A DNA stretch of 64,000 bases from Chrysomallon squamiferum. Its lineage: Eukaryota > Animalia > Mollusca. Of the stretch, positions 1 through 14,114 are shown piece after piece. The notes under the pieces were generated by a model, which saw only the letters and a program-made list of their open reading frames with translations, was not told the DNA's origin and did no database searches. The DNA lies in the NCBI GenBank assembly GCA_012295275.1, contig CM022672.1, forward strand, positions 2,108,001 to 2,172,000, read 5' to 3'. A program made the translations under genes and the position numbers. Position 1 is the first letter of the stretch; each line of letters opens with the position of its first letter.

Positions 1-348
1 TGTTACATCAAGTCATCGATGCAGATCAGACCTGTTTCATGTAAATTATTTCGATTCTGTGAAACGTTTTATTTAATTCAGTACTGTGTTACACATACAG
101 ATATTAATAAAAACTGGTCCTGTTACAGTCAGATCAAGTCATGATTTAAGTCAGTCCTCTGTCATATCATCTAATAAAATGTCAATCAGTTCTGTTTCCC
201 AAAAGTCATTAAATCAGAAGTCATACTCTACATGAAATCACTGATTCAGATCAGTTCCATGGCTCATCAGATCATTTACTTCTCTTAAGTGCTAAGACCT
301 GCACTTTAAAGTAACTGTACTTCGGTTTATCTCTACTGTTTCATCACA

Positions 349-515
349 GGACATGGTATGTGCTTTCCTGTCTGTTCTGAAACATCGTTTGTGCTTAATA
401 AATAAGAGAAATCCATGCATGGTCACAATATTATATTATAGTAAACCTCAGAATGATGCCTAACAACAGTTGATATTAAATGTATTGTTATTAAAATTCC
501 CTTCTTCCTTCCTTT
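349..515 (+). mobile_element. Decayed SINE-like relic, family A (body/tail)
   Basis: GGTATGTGCTTTCCTGTCTGT matches 31845 GGTATGTACTGTCCTGTCTGT; the tail resembles the 31826-32020 copy; family identity from recall. Confidence 0.5.
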
Positions 516-1619
516 CTTCATTCCTGCAACATTCAAAGTCACGAGTATAATTCAGTTCAGTGACATATCAATCCGTTGAGGCAGTGTTATCTTCTGTTTC
601 ATCAAGCCATTTATGAGAGGTCAATAATTTACCATGTCAGTCCACATTTCATCACATTCTTGAAGCTGATCAAACCTGACTCTTATCAGAAGGCTGAGGC
701 CAATGTGTCCAGTGTCCCATCAAGAGATTCGGACTGATGTGTTCTTCAAACACAGCAACCTGAAGCACCTAGATAACCTTTGTCATGCTTTGTTTGGCCA
801 AACTATTAAATCTGATCAAATATTCTTGGCCAGCTTAATAAATTCATAAAGATTTCATTATTCCATTTGCTTTCTCAATTTCAGCAACATAATTAAGTAA
901 TGTATGTATCTTGTTTAGCGTCTCTTCATTGCTGACTATGAAAGAACATATAGATATGGACATTTTTCGTTTAATGGCTAAATCTTTGAATCATATAATA
1001 ATAATACAAATACAAAGAATATTGAATGAATATTTATTTAATGAGAGAAAACAGGATATTTTAAAAATATTATTAATGTATTAGGGTTACTCATACCATT
1101 CACCAGAATGGGATGTTTTACAGCATGATACATTATGAAGGAAAACACATGTCATCAACGTTTAGCAAATTTCATGTGATACTTCAAATAATGGCTAATA
1201 ATCCAAAACAAGTAACCAAATTATTACATAGGGAACACAGGCTCCAGCCATTAATAAACCTGTCAGAGAGCATTTTATGGATTCGATAAGAGCACACGTA
1301 GAATAAAATACAAGTTAACCAAATATTTCTTTTCATTTTGTTATTTTTCAGAACCTAATGAACCTTGTTTCTTACAAGATAAAATCTTTATGCCTCTTAC
1401 ATGCTGACGTCTTTATTAAACATGCAGTCATTATTCTTGTAAATTTTCAATACTTGACATTTTTTGTTAAAGAGCTCTCTTGAGTTTGACAAATCCCTAC
1501 TAAATCCAGGAAACTGATTAGTTCCTACATATCTGTCAGCTCACTAAGCAATTTGTTGACATCTGTCATTTCCTACAGATCAGTTTGAAAAAAGGAAACT
1601 AAGTCTATAGAGCATATTT

Positions 1620-2570
1620 TTTTGAAAAAAGCAACTAAATTTTAAAAACTTGTATCTTATGCATAATTCACAATTGGCTTTCAAAAATGTCATCATGACA
1701 GTAGATAAGATTCCACGGTTTTAAGTAGCAAGTTTATGTAATTTGTGAAAATCTGACCACTTGTGTAGTCCAACTGGACACTGTTCTGAAGATTTTTGAA
1801 AGCAGGTTTAATGTAATAACTCTATTATATCAGTTATTTTTCACACTTGGTTTCAAGAAGGTCATAATGACATTAGAACTGATTTCATATCTTTAGAGCT
1901 TTTGTTTGGTGTCATGTTGGTCTATGTAATTTGTCAAAATATATATATGTATATATTTGTTTCTAAGAAATTCACTCTTTGTACAAGAGCAACTAGAATT
2001 TAATATTTTACCCATTTAATAATATATGGGTTTTTGAAAGTCATAATGAAAGACGTGATTTTTGTTTTAATTAAGGATTCAGTGTTTATAAAATTTGTCA
2101 TTTCAAATTATATTACGTTTTAAGAAACTGTCTTTTTAATGTATTTTTAAATGCAAGTTAATTATAATAACAGTAACTTAGTCGTAACACACCTTGGGGT
2201 TTTTAAGGTCATAATGACAGAGATATGATTTCTTAGCTACAGATTCAAGTCATTTCATGTACATTTAGCTTGTAAGAAACTCAGACTGTACAAAAATTGG
2301 AAAAATCAAGTTAATTTTAGTAACAGTAACTTAATCATATTATACCCTTGGGCTTTTTGAAGGTCATAATGAAAGATATCATTTCTTAGCTATGGATTCG
2401 AGGCTTATATACTTTGTCATTTTATATTATATTAAGTTTGAAGAAAGTGACTCTGTAAGGTTTTTTTAAAAAGCAAGTTAATTTTAATAAAGGTCACTTA
2501 ATCTTAACACACCTCTGGGTTTTAAGAAGGTCATAATGACAAAGTTATGATATCACATAGTTCAATCAGC
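1620..2570. repeat. Degenerate tandem repeat, about 170-bp unit, about 6 copies
   Basis: GTCATAATGA-like anchor at 1689, 1861, 2040, 2208, 2363, 2530 (spacing 155-179); AAGCAAGTTAATTTTAATAAC-like motif in each unit. Confidence 0.8.
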
Positions 2571-4646
2571 TGAAGAGAGAAAAACAAGTCATAATTGAGA
2601 ACAGTTGCCTCATGGGTAATAAGAATTGAGATATCACGTGACATTCTTGTATTAAACTTGCTTCATCTTCTTCTTCATTATCTGAGTTATTGAATTTTCA
2701 TGTTAACATGTTTGTTGATCAAAATAAATACAAAAATTATTTTGAAATGTGTTTGAGATACACCTGCAGTTTAAAACAATTCAGTCATCAGCTCAGACAT
2801 TAATTAACAAGAATGACCATGGAAGACAGTCTTTGTGTTTTATCTCACTGTGATGCAGTGAACTGATATTTGTTACTGTCTAATTAATAGTTCTCATAAA
2901 TTAACAAACCCATTTCATTTCTCTCACTGAGTATTTGTTTTAGATAATGATCCAAACTCATGTGGAGAAGCTACATTGGAACTGAATAAAGGCTACAACA
3001 GCTGTGATGAGATTTCTTTGTTAATTCTGCTGAATTAAAATCAATCTTTAAAATCAGTTTTATTATGTAAAGTTAAAGTTAACAGTTTATGTTAATTTAT
3101 AGATAAAACATGACCTTCTTCATTGCATGTTTTTATTTTTTATTTTTTAAATGCAAGTTAAAAAAAAATAAAATACATATATATGTTTTTTGTGTTATTT
3201 ATTCTGAAAATAAGATATAATGTTATAGTATGGTAACATATTTCAAAATCTGCTGATGGTCATGCATGTTATTACTATATATGGTGCATTTATAAGTCAT
3301 ATGTTGATATACATGAAGTAATAGGTTTAATTCATACTTCATATTACAACTGAAGGTTAAAATCAAAAGATTCCAAATTAATTATTTATTTATTTATTTA
3401 CATACTTAAAAGCAACTTAAATCAATAGTAATTTTTGCCTGTAACCACCAGTAGATGGATTTTAAAATTTTAATATTTAATGATGAAATGTATTTTTAAA
3501 CTTTTTCCTATTAATATCATTACTTTCAATACCTTTACATATGACAACTTTTTTTTATTTGAATATTTCCATTGGTATGCCTTTCATTTAAAAAAAAAAA
3601 ATACTTTAAATTTTTTTTTAATATAAAATCATATCAGTGAATACTGTGGTTAACAATAGCCTTCTTTTAGATGTAATAAATGTCAACAGCTAACAAAAAA
3701 AAATGTGTCATGGATTCTCATTAATTATAAATACTGATTGATTTGTTGAGTAAATTATAAAAGTTGAAATATTAAATTCTTCAATTACATGATGCAGTTA
3801 CCTTGTATATGTCTAGATTTCAAATCCCATTAACAAATCCAGGGAGGTTATAATATACTGAAAAAAATAATTCAGGGACAACAAAGTATTCCCCACCTCC
3901 TAGGTTTTTTGGGGTAATATTATTTTTCTATTACATTAATACTGATACAATAAATAAAGGAAATTCATGATTAGCAATATTTACTGGCAAGAAAGAAATT
4001 TTGCTTCCTTTTTCAGTGATTCATGTTAAACTGGATGAATACTGTCAGATTTTCAAATGAAAATATTCCATGATTCATAACTTGTTTTGATCAGTATATT
4101 GCAGATCAGCAGGAAGGTGCTAAGTGGAGTTTGATGTTTTGGTATCATGTTACTGCTACTAATGTTGTTAAAAACGTGGTAAACATGCATAGCTATTTCT
4201 TAATTAGATAATGACTAATTACTTTATGTAAAATCCTAGTAAGAACAAATTGTTACCAAAAATTAATATATCAAAGTGTCAGGTTGAAATAATTATCTCC
4301 AAATACTTAACACCTTTCTTTTGTAGCCCTTTGGAACAGCATCACAATTTATTTATTTATTTATTTATACACCAGATTTTGGTTTTTTCCTTCTTCTTCT
4401 TCTTTTTTTTTGTTTTGCCTTAAATAGTCCAGTTTTTGTTTTCTCATTAAACTTAATTTATGGCCCATTTTTTGAAGATTAAGAGCCATTAGCATAAAAG
4501 GTCATTTGCAGTGTATTACAGTTTCGTAATTTAAAGCTTATCTGTAATGAAATCGCTCAAATATGCATGAAGCGATCAGAGCTGGGAACTGCGCACACTG
4601 ATTTGCTAGAAAATGTTGAGCAAAATTTACATTTACACCGAGTGAT

Positions 4647-4830
4647 TGAAATAATGTTCAACACATAAAACATTCTGATAAATAAAAGAATGTTTAAAAC
4701 TTGACACTCATGTCATAAAATAAAATTTAACATTAACTGACTGAAATAATATTTCACACAACACTGGTTTACACAAAAGAATGTTTGGCATTTGACACTA
4801 GATGACTATAATAATATTTAACACTTAACA
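4647..4830. repeat. Diverged ~95-bp tandem duplication
   Basis: TGAAATAAT...AAAAGAATGTTT...TTGACACT...ATTTAACA occurs twice. Confidence 0.6.
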
Positions 4831-4984
4831 CTGAATGTTTTAACAGTTAAAAATCACTGGAATGGTTGTTAACTGTGAGTTCTTTCTTTTTGACCAGTAT
4901 CAGAACATAGGCTAAATACACATGTATTTTCTGTCTCAGAAAGAGATTATCAGTTGAACACATGGGACAAAGAAGTCAGATTAT

Positions 4985-5160
4985 TAAACCTTGATCTAAT
5001 AGTTCATCCTCCCAGAACTGGCTGCTACAGAGAGTTAATTGTAGCAGTTCTGTAACTACCATCTCCTCACTTCCTTAAAACCCATTCTCTAACATGCTAA
5101 CCCAGCATTATCTTGATTAAATAGCCCAGACTCCTGTGTTTAATTGTCCAAGACAGACAT
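4985..5160 (+). mobile_element. Decayed SINE-like relic, family B
   Basis: CCAGAACTGGCT... and ATAGCCCAGA...GTCCAAGACAG; the latter resembles the family-B tail at 29638 (GTCCAGAACATAGGTGCTTGAACC). Confidence 0.4.
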
Positions 5161-5239
5161 ATATATTTTTATCTTCAGCAGATGTCAGTTTGTTTCAAAT
5201 GGCTGATTAATTAACTGCATCTTTGAAAACAGTGGTGAA

Positions 5240-5565
5240 AATATGTCTGTCCAGACTTAAAATTCTGGAACCCATTCTGTCTAGCCAGGGTAATGAATGA
5301 CTACTGTGGCAGTTGATTAGTTAGGGAGAAAGGTGTTGTCATGTCTTACACCCTCTCAGTTAGCACTGATTTGAATCGTTTTATCCTGGCCAAGCTACAA
5401 TGGCACCTAAATACAGTTCTAGCATTTTGATAATCTTCAGGCTAATGGTTGAACCATGTTATGGACAAAGCCAAAGATGGCACCTAAATATGGTTCTAAC
5501 AAGTCTCAGGCTAATGGTTCAAATACATTACCAATAAAGCCAGTCAAAGATGGCACCAATACATG
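5240..5565 (-). mobile_element. Decayed SINE-like relic, family B, reverse orientation, with ~75-bp internal tandem duplication
   Basis: GTTGATTAGTTAGGGAGAAAGGTGTTGT...CTTACACC; ATGGCACC anchor at 5400, 5477, 5550; CAGGCTAATGGTT occurs twice. Confidence 0.5.
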
Positions 5566-5621
5566 ATTCTGTGTAACAAATTCATCAGGTCAGTTTGTTC
5601 AACCACACTAAATGTGCAAAA

Positions 5622-5673
<52 letters not shown>

Positions 5674-6050
5674 ATAAACTTTAAAAAAAAATTTTTTTTC
5701 CTTTCTATATCAGTGACTGGTATAATCATAGTTGAATATTGTGATTCTTGTCTTGAAAAATTAATCCATAAAAATTATAACAAAAATTGACGATAACAAA
5801 TATAATAACAAACTCATATCTAACCTGCTAACATGCTAACTCACCCTTTTCTAATTTTCTAAAACACTCATCAACTCTTTTCTGTTCTACAAATATACTA
5901 TTGTCTATAACGCTGTATTTTTTTTTATGAGAGAAAGAAATACAAAACCCTATTATAACACTTTGTATACTGCTTCTAATAAATAAGCAAACTGTTTTAC
6001 TTTCACATCATTACAGACAGTTAGGAAAAACATCTACCAATGCCTCTGAC

Positions 6051-6115
6051 ACTCCAGTCACAAGAGCTCTGACTGGAACGGAAAATAACCCTAGCAGGCG
6101 TAATCCTATCATTCA
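6051..6115 (-). mobile_element. SINE family A fragment
   Basis: CCAGTCACAAGAGCTCTGACTGGAACGGAAAATA aligns with 45059 CCAGTCACAGGGCACTGGCTGGAATGTGAAAAT. Confidence 0.5.
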
Positions 6116-6532
6116 TTTGTCATTCAGAAAAAAAACGGCCTGAAAGTAAGCCACAGAAGTCTGCTACAGAAGGCCAATTGCTATTACTTGTATCAGTTTA
6201 ATTATCTTGTTTTCACTGTTGTTTAATAAGTGAATATTTGTTTGGCTGTTAATGTGCGGATGTTTGTATCTGATCAGTGTCAAAGTTGCGCATTGTTTGA
6301 GAGCTGATAAAGGAAAAAAACTAGTTATTCATGGCAGAGTTTATCACCTCTTCTGTTATTATTGGATTAATCCAACTGATTATGACCACACTTCAATATG
6401 TTTAGTGACAGAACCAAACACCTGTTGTTGTTTGTTGTGTTAAATGAATCACTGTTCAGTATTAGTTGGAAAAAATATACATTTTATCTATTTCTGGCTG
6501 GTTTTTATTATTATTAGTTGGACTGTATTGAA

Positions 6533-6564
<32 letters not shown>

Positions 6565-6568
6565 ATAC

Positions 6569-6621
<53 letters not shown>
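6533..6621. repeat. Compound (AT)n/(CA)/(AG)n microsatellite
   Basis: Direct reading. Confidence 0.95.
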
Positions 6622-6623
<2 letters not shown>

Positions 6624-6946
6624 AATTACATTATTTAATTTATTTTATTAATAATTTTATTACTAATTTTATTTATCTAAATATTAAGATAGCTACTTTT
6701 AAATTCAAACAACATTTTTTTATATATGCTGAAATTTACATGTTTTTTTACACCTTAATTATTATCAGACTGCAGTCTGGCTGATTTGGGCTCAGTTTTC
6801 AATACGATTGTGTGTACATTCTAACATATACATTTTCTTTTCTTTGTTTATAATACAAGTGCTGTAGGTCTTTTATTTTTTAGTATTATTATTTTTATTT
6901 ATTTAATTCTTGTTTTGATTGTATGTAATTCTTGTTTTGTGTTCTG

Positions 6947-6949
<3 letters not shown>

Positions 6950-7020
<71 letters not shown>
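6950..7020. repeat. (TG)n-(TA)n microsatellite
   Basis: Direct reading. Confidence 0.95.
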
Positions 7021-7022
<2 letters not shown>

Positions 7023-7300
7023 TTAAATATATGTATATGCATATTGTCAAACTGCATTCAGTTCATCCATCACATCGTTAGCCTGATTAAAAATTAAACA
7101 CAGAGATATCAGGTAACAGGCTGATACCTGGAACATGTTCATGCCAAGCTGAAAACTGATACATTTAATTCATTATGTCATCCACATTACTGTATCAAGC
7201 ATTCACATCTAAGCAAGCATGTAAAGATATGGTGCATGAATTAAGACTTAATTCAGCATAAATACGAAATTTGTGTCATATTACGACATTAATAATGATC

Positions 7301-7331
<31 letters not shown>

Positions 7332-7335
7332 TAAC

Positions 7336-7390
<55 letters not shown>
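7301..7390. repeat. (TAA)n microsatellite
   Basis: Direct reading. Confidence 0.95.
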
Positions 7391-7391
<1 letters not shown>

Positions 7392-7899
7392 AGCTTGATA
7401 ACAGTATGGGAAAAAACTGTCAGGTTATTGATTCTAAATTAGTTATCCCTCTCTGCCAGATCAAAGGCACCAAAGATCCCTAGGCAACATAAAATGTTCA
7501 TATGTGGCTTCAGTTTGTGACAGTTATGTTCTATATCAAATAACTCTTTAATATTTAGATGTATAGGTATGTTTCTTCTACACTTAAAAAGGAATTAAAA
7601 AGGATCTAAAACGAATGAAAAAAAGAAAAAGAAACCTGAAAAAAGAATGTAAACATTAAAAAAAAGTATCTGATAGATGATTGTATTATTTGTAACTGCT
7701 AAAGCTGAAATGAACATTCAAATACTGATGTACATAAAATCTAGAATCGTGGTTTGACAGTTTTATTGAATTATGCTAGTGACAGTATGATTGAAAACTG
7801 TTTTACAGCTTTTCATTGATCATATATCTTTATGTTCACACCTTGTATCCATACATTTAATCATATCTCTAACTAACATTTCTATAGATTTATTACTTT

Positions 7900-8740
7900 T
7901 ATCATAGTTCAGATTCACACTTCATTTACATTTACAAACTGGTTCCCATAGAACTTACATTTATTTGTAGATTTTATCATACAGTAAAAATAAGGCTTAT
8001 AGTCAGCATTTGTTCTTTTTAACCTTACAGATTAATATAGTTTACATTTTAAATTTTACCTTATTTAAAGTTACAAAATGTACATTTACAAATTTTAATC
8101 ATCTTTTAAAAACATACTTTACATAGTAGACATTTGTAATTTTTACCACACTTCAGTTCAAACTTTATGTAGTTTATACTTTTGTAATATTTACCATACT
8201 TTAAACTTACACACATTATGCAGTTTATGTTTGCAATGTTTACCACACTCATACAGTTTACCTTTGTAAGTTTTACTGTTCATCTTTGTAAGTTTTACAG
8301 TTCATCTTCTTTATTAATTTACTTTAGCATATCAGGATAGGTCATTGTAGAAATGTCATCCTTACATGATTTATGTTTGTAAGATCTGTTTATGCTGTTT
8401 ACATTCTCATATATTTATAAACACATTTTGTCTAGCTTGCATTGACAAGTTCTGTTTAATATAAATGTATGTAGATTATATTTGTAAGTTCTGATTACTT
8501 GTAATTTGCTATTAATAACTGTGTTTTTAGAATTTTAATTTTCTTTATTTTTTCATTTTGTTAACATTTATGGAATGATTTGTTTCTTCATTGCATTTAT
8601 ATTTTTCAGTTAATGTACTTTACATTTTAAAGTTTTGTGTTTAAACAGTCTACATTTTACAGATTTAGTTTATCTAGCTTATCTGTTCATGTTCTTTTAC
8701 ATAGTTTGAGTTCTGTTTGTACTTATGCAGTATATGTCTA
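7900..8740. repeat. Highly degenerate short-unit tandem repeat (AGTTTACATTTGTAAGTTTTAC-like)
   Basis: Recurrent TTTACATTT and TTTGTAAGTTTTAC motifs every ~30-40 bp. Confidence 0.5.
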
Positions 8741-10640
8741 TAGTGAGACAAAAACAAATTATCAAAATGTACACGTATTTGATTAAAATAGATTTTATTT
8801 ATTTTCGATATCACTTCTGGCTAAAACACAGATTTAGTATCAGTACTGAGTAAGTTAAAAATTGTTTATTATCTAGTTTAATTAACTGTAATTTATATTC
8901 ATAGACTATATCAATATAATCCTTGAATATCAATGTTCGTTCCTCAATCAAATTTTATATCTGGAAAGAATAGCTTGTTAATATCAGTTTCATCTTGTAT
9001 AATATTGGAAAACCCATTGTTTAATATTAATAGCTTATTCTAGCCACTATTCTCTACTTTACATGTATGAAGCATTTCTTTGCCACGACTGGCAATACAT
9101 TAATTGTAATGAACTTGAAGAATAATGATTTGTTAGGCTGTCCTTGATCTGTGATGACTCTAGCTAATCCAGCTTTTCTGTGCAATGACTGAAACTTAAT
9201 ATTGCTAAAAAGCTGTAATAATTAATATAATTCATCTCTATGACGTTTGTTGTTGGTGATAACAGTATGTTTTACTGTTACTGCCCAACAAATGACTGGT
9301 CGTTTGTATGTAACTGTATAGACATCATTAAAAATTGTTAGCATTTGCAGAGATCTTGTTCTGTCTCTTGTTTATATTAACTTGTTTCAGTTTGTTTTTA
9401 AAGGTTTTATAAACAATTTTTGATTTAATTTCAGAAAGTGTCGACCCTGATTTCGGATATCTGGTTCATTCATTTGTTACTGTCAGCAAATTTTTATTTA
9501 CTTTTTTTTTAAGAAGACGTTGCTAATAGTTTTTAATTTAATAATCACAAAAAACTGTCAAGTTTTTTGGATAAGATCTTGGTTAATCTGTTAATTTGTA
9601 TTAACTGCTTTTTAAATTATTCATGAGTACTTAAGTACCTGTATTCAATTTGTTTTAGAATATTCAATTAATTGTTTTAATTAATTCTAAATATTATAGT
9701 AACAGTAATTAATTTTTTCATGAGTATTTCAGGAACTGTTTTTAATTTGTTCAGGATATCGTTTTATTTGAATTAGTACATTTACTTTCATTATAAACCT
9801 ATTAATTGGTATTAATTTTTTTTCAAAAACATAAGCATATATAATTATCACAAAGTAAATGGTAGAATAGGATTAATTTCAAACAGAATATCGGTTTAGT
9901 TTTGTAGGTCAATAGCTACAGCACTAAAATCTTGTAAAAGAAAATCTCTAACAGCAAGACTCATCAACACTATTATCTATTAGCAGCAAGTTTTTTTTTT
10001 AAATGCTGTTTCAAAAAACAGAAACAGAATATTGATAGCTCTCTGTGGGGATCTGTCTGGAATAGGATATATTACAATAGAATCCCTAATCCTGTGATCT
10101 GTACGAGCCTGAAGCAAATGTCTGATATTTAGAACTTTCTCTCTGAGCATTATTCCTCAGATGAGAGGAGAGGACAGTAAATTATGTTTATTATTGACCT
10201 GTAATAATTTACACCAGTTTACACTTTGGAATATGGCTGACTAAATAGTATGGATGAAGTACTTTTTAACATGAGACAATTGTTCAAGTACGTGAGTTAT
10301 GGGTACCATCTGTGACTGAGTTAGAATTGTGCTCAAGACAGATGGAGAACAAGGCTGTAAAGTTTTTTTTATCAGTTCTTAAAGGACATTATAGTCTGTT
10401 AACATAAAAACTTATTGTGAACAATAAACAAGAAAATTAGAAACTTAAAGCACCAAATTATGTCCAAATCAGCTAAATTGCCAGCCTGCTAATAAACTCC
10501 TGGAACCAATAAAAACTGTGTACACTCGTTATTGATACTTGTTTATAGCAGTCACAGCTTCAAAAATCTATCATTAATATCGATGGAATCTGTACAACTA
10601 ATGTTTACCAGTTAATACATGAACAAGTAGGACTTTGATA

Positions 10641-10715
10641 ACCAGCCTTGTTAAACAGTTGTCTTTGAGACTGGCAGATTCTTGGTTCATGTCCCAGGAC
10701 TGACTTCTGCCTGGT
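10641..10715 (+). mobile_element. SINE family B head fragment (tRNA-like)
   Basis: ACCAGCCTTG...GACTGGCAGATTCTTGGTTCATGTCCCAGGACTGACT, with decayed B-box-like GGTTC. Confidence 0.35.
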
Positions 10716-11033
10716 TTTGCTCTGAAATGATCATCTAGGTCATCAAAACTGGGCTGGATTTAGATGTCTATTTGTTATGTGTTAACAGAGAATAAGGAAA
10801 TACAGCAGGTGAGGCTGTAAGCTATATCATGTTTACCTTGTACTTAAATCAGGCTCTGCTTTAGTAGCAAGAAAAACAAGGCTTCTGAAATGTTTCCCAT
10901 AAAAGATGTGCTCAAGTCACCAATAGATGTGAACACGTTACAGATTTATGTGGTTCTACGAGTGTTTTTGAACAGACTACACACTTCTCTGTTACTTTTT
11001 TTTTCTATTTTTAAAGTGTTTTTGTCACAAATA

Positions 11034-11130
11034 ACCATCCATTTGGTGTAATGAACTGCTTACCTCCTCCAGGCTTTCCTGGCCCAGTCTCAGTACTGGC
11101 GCCCAGTGTTTCCTTAGGGTGTTAGTTGTG
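11034..11130 (+). mobile_element. SINE family B head fragment
   Basis: TGGTGTAATG (A-box-like) ... TCTCAGTACTGGCGCCCAG. Confidence 0.35.
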
Positions 11131-11354
11131 TGTTTTTGTTTTTTTTGTTTTTGGTTGATAACACTGCCCACAGGATTATCATCAGTTTAGTAATCCCACT
11201 TAAACATGTTACATTAGCTCTCAGTGCTATTTCTGAGTCTTTTTATCCACATCCCTAATTAGAGTTCTCTTAATGCTCTGTGCACTGATTTGGTTTCTTT
11301 CCTTTTGGCTTCACTGTCTAGTTCTCAAGTGTATTTTGACAGTCTATTAATATC

Positions 11355-11795
11355 TCATACATATAAATAATGGCTCTCTTGTTTTCGGTGGGACACAGTT
11401 AGATGTGATGAATTACTTCCAGTTCATTGTGGTAGATGTGTCTTGTTGTACACATTTCTTTAAAGGTCTTTTTCTGAAGGTTTGTCTGGTCCTGAAGTGT
11501 TTATTACGTCTATGTAAATAATGATTTTCTTGTTTACAGTGTGACATGGTTTTTACTAAATAAATTACTTCTTGTTCATGATGGCAAATGACTTGTTGGC
11601 GAGAGTACTTTTTATGAAGTTTAATATGTTTTGTCCTGAAATAGAGTCTGACTGGATATTTACAAACATCTATGTAAATAATGATTCTCTTGTTTAGAAA
11701 GTGTCATAATTTTATTAAATAAGATACTCCTCATTGTAGATGTGTCTTGTTCAAAGAAGCTTACCTTAAAGGTATTTTTTTTTTTTGAAGTTAAT
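11355..11795. repeat. Degenerate tandem repeat, ~155-bp unit, ~3 copies
   Basis: TAAATAATG..T.TCTTGTTT at ~11363, 11516, 11675; GTAGATGTGTCTTGTT twice. Confidence 0.75.
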
Positions 11796-14114
11796 TATGC
11801 TTTCTCTAATTCCAATGTATATATTAATACAGTTAATAAAAGTAATGCTTCAACAAAAAAAAAGAAAAAAGAAAAAGAAAACGAAAAAATAAAAAAAATA
11901 AACAGCTATGTCCAGAGCATTATGAAAAGTCTTCTACTACAAATTTAACTGGTTGTTTAGAATTTTCATCATCTTGTTCTTGATTTTATCCTACAATATA
12001 TTTTTAGGTCTTTTCTGACTTTGACAGGCTAGTAATATCAACATACACACACACATAAGTACAAGCACACAGACACACACACACACACATATAGTTTCGA
12101 CATTTTCACATTTCTAAATCTATCCAGTATAAACCTGTCTTATTGGCTGAACTTTTACTGAAATGGATTTTTTACATCGTTTTAAAAATAATTTGTCTAG
12201 CTAGTGAAATCACATATATAATGAATAATAACAATAATTCTATGACCTGGCACAGTTATACTGAAAGGCTGTGCTAAAACGGTCCATTACAAATCTATTG
12301 AGTTGGTCGAAATGTCACCAGCCTCTTGTTATGAAGTGTATTTTGTAGATCTTGTCTTGAAGTGTGTTTTCATAGACTAGTAGCCTGGTTTATATAAATA
12401 ACCATTGTAAAACGTGACGCAAAGATATCAGAAAGTTTATCTATGATACTCCACTAAATCTGACCAAAACAGATTCATCCTGTTCTTGGAACATTCTTGG
12501 AAATGTTCTGAAAGGAACTCTTTTGATTTACCAATATGTAAATAAATGATGAGTGTACATTATAAAAATAACCAGCAGTACTACATACTAAACTTGTCCA
12601 GTATAAATCCATCTTGCTGATACAGATTTTGTTGCTGAACAAATATGTCTGGGTGAATCACAAAAGAGTTTGAGATGTTTTTCAGTTGTGAAAACGGATG
12701 GGATGACTACAGTTAATGAGTGTGGGAGATCCAATCTTAACTAGCAAGTAGCTGACAAAGCTCAAGTCAGAGACAAGTTTTACACAGGACAAGAAAAACC
12801 CAGTCAAATCTTGATTTAGGACTCTTAAGACCAATGAACAGGGTTTTCTGTTTTCTTGTGTCTCATTCTGCTTGCTTGTCTTTTGTGTGTCTGTTAAGTG
12901 TGTGTATTTCTTTCTTGGTTTATGTACGTGAGTTTCTGCATGCTTGTTTGTATGAGTTTGTGTGTTTGCATTATTGTGTGTATATATGTTTTTATGTGGG
13001 TATGTGTATGTATGTATATTAATAGATAACATGTTGCACTGCCATATAACAAGTCACAGAAACATAACATTTTCAAAATGTGGAATTTTACTTTAAAAAA
13101 TAATTTTGTATTTACTGCATTTGTGCTAAAATACCTCTAAATAACCACACAATAAAAGCTTGCTAATATCATTAGAATTCTTTCTTACTTCACTTTATAC
13201 TCTTCATTTCATTTTCACTTGTTTCTTTTACAATAGTACTGGCTCTCTGAATTTTAACAGTACATTTATGTATTTTTGTTACAGCACTGACTCACAGTTT
13301 TACACACACACATACACATAGATATTTTTATAATCCATTTTTACAATGGTTTTGGATTTCTAAATTGTAACAGTAATAGTAAATTTATATATCTTATAAA
13401 TACCAGTACTGTGTTACAGAGCAATACAACTCAATGATGTATACACTCTTTTATTTATTCTGTTGGAAATTTGAAACTTCTGATTTTGATGCTGAAATGA
13501 CATCAGCCTGAATTCATCAATAGATAATGTCAGTGAACACTTTCATTTCTTGTTTGTCATATCTCCACATAATCATACCACTCTAGATTGTTGAGTTTCT
13601 TTTTTATATTTTTTATTTTTTTATTTTTATTTTTTTATGTGGATGTATGGTTGTGTGATTTAAGTGGTTGAATTATTATCAAATGTAAGTACATATAGAT
13701 TCTTCACTATTGTTTTGTAATTTTATTATTTTTGATTGACTTTGGGTACAATATTGAATTGTGTAATATGGTGATGCATGATGTTAAGGAGTAAAAGTAA
13801 CTTTTTGGAAATTAAATAACATTTGTTGTTGTTACTTCAAATGGGCTAGGTTTTAGGTTATTGTGTGTGTATGTATGTGTGTGAGTGTGTGTGTTTGTGT
13901 TTGTATGTGTGTATGTTTGTGTTTGTAACACACACATGTATGTATATGTCTTTGTACACACACACACACACACACCTGCTGAAAACTGCAGAATCAGGAT
14001 TTTGTCCTATAGCAAATATATATCATGAATTGGGGCCATTAGTCTTCGATGTGCATTTACACTCACATTGTTCTAAAGTGTTCCTGCTTTTATATATCTA
14101 TTTTTTTATTGTAT

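Noticed and set aside
3802-3857. Minus-strand exon with good splice sites
   Set aside because: Stops in all three frames; no further support as a non-coding exon
11058-11115. GC-rich minus-strand exon with strong GAG|GTAAGC donor
   Set aside because: No pyrimidine tract at the acceptor; better explained as a SINE head fragment
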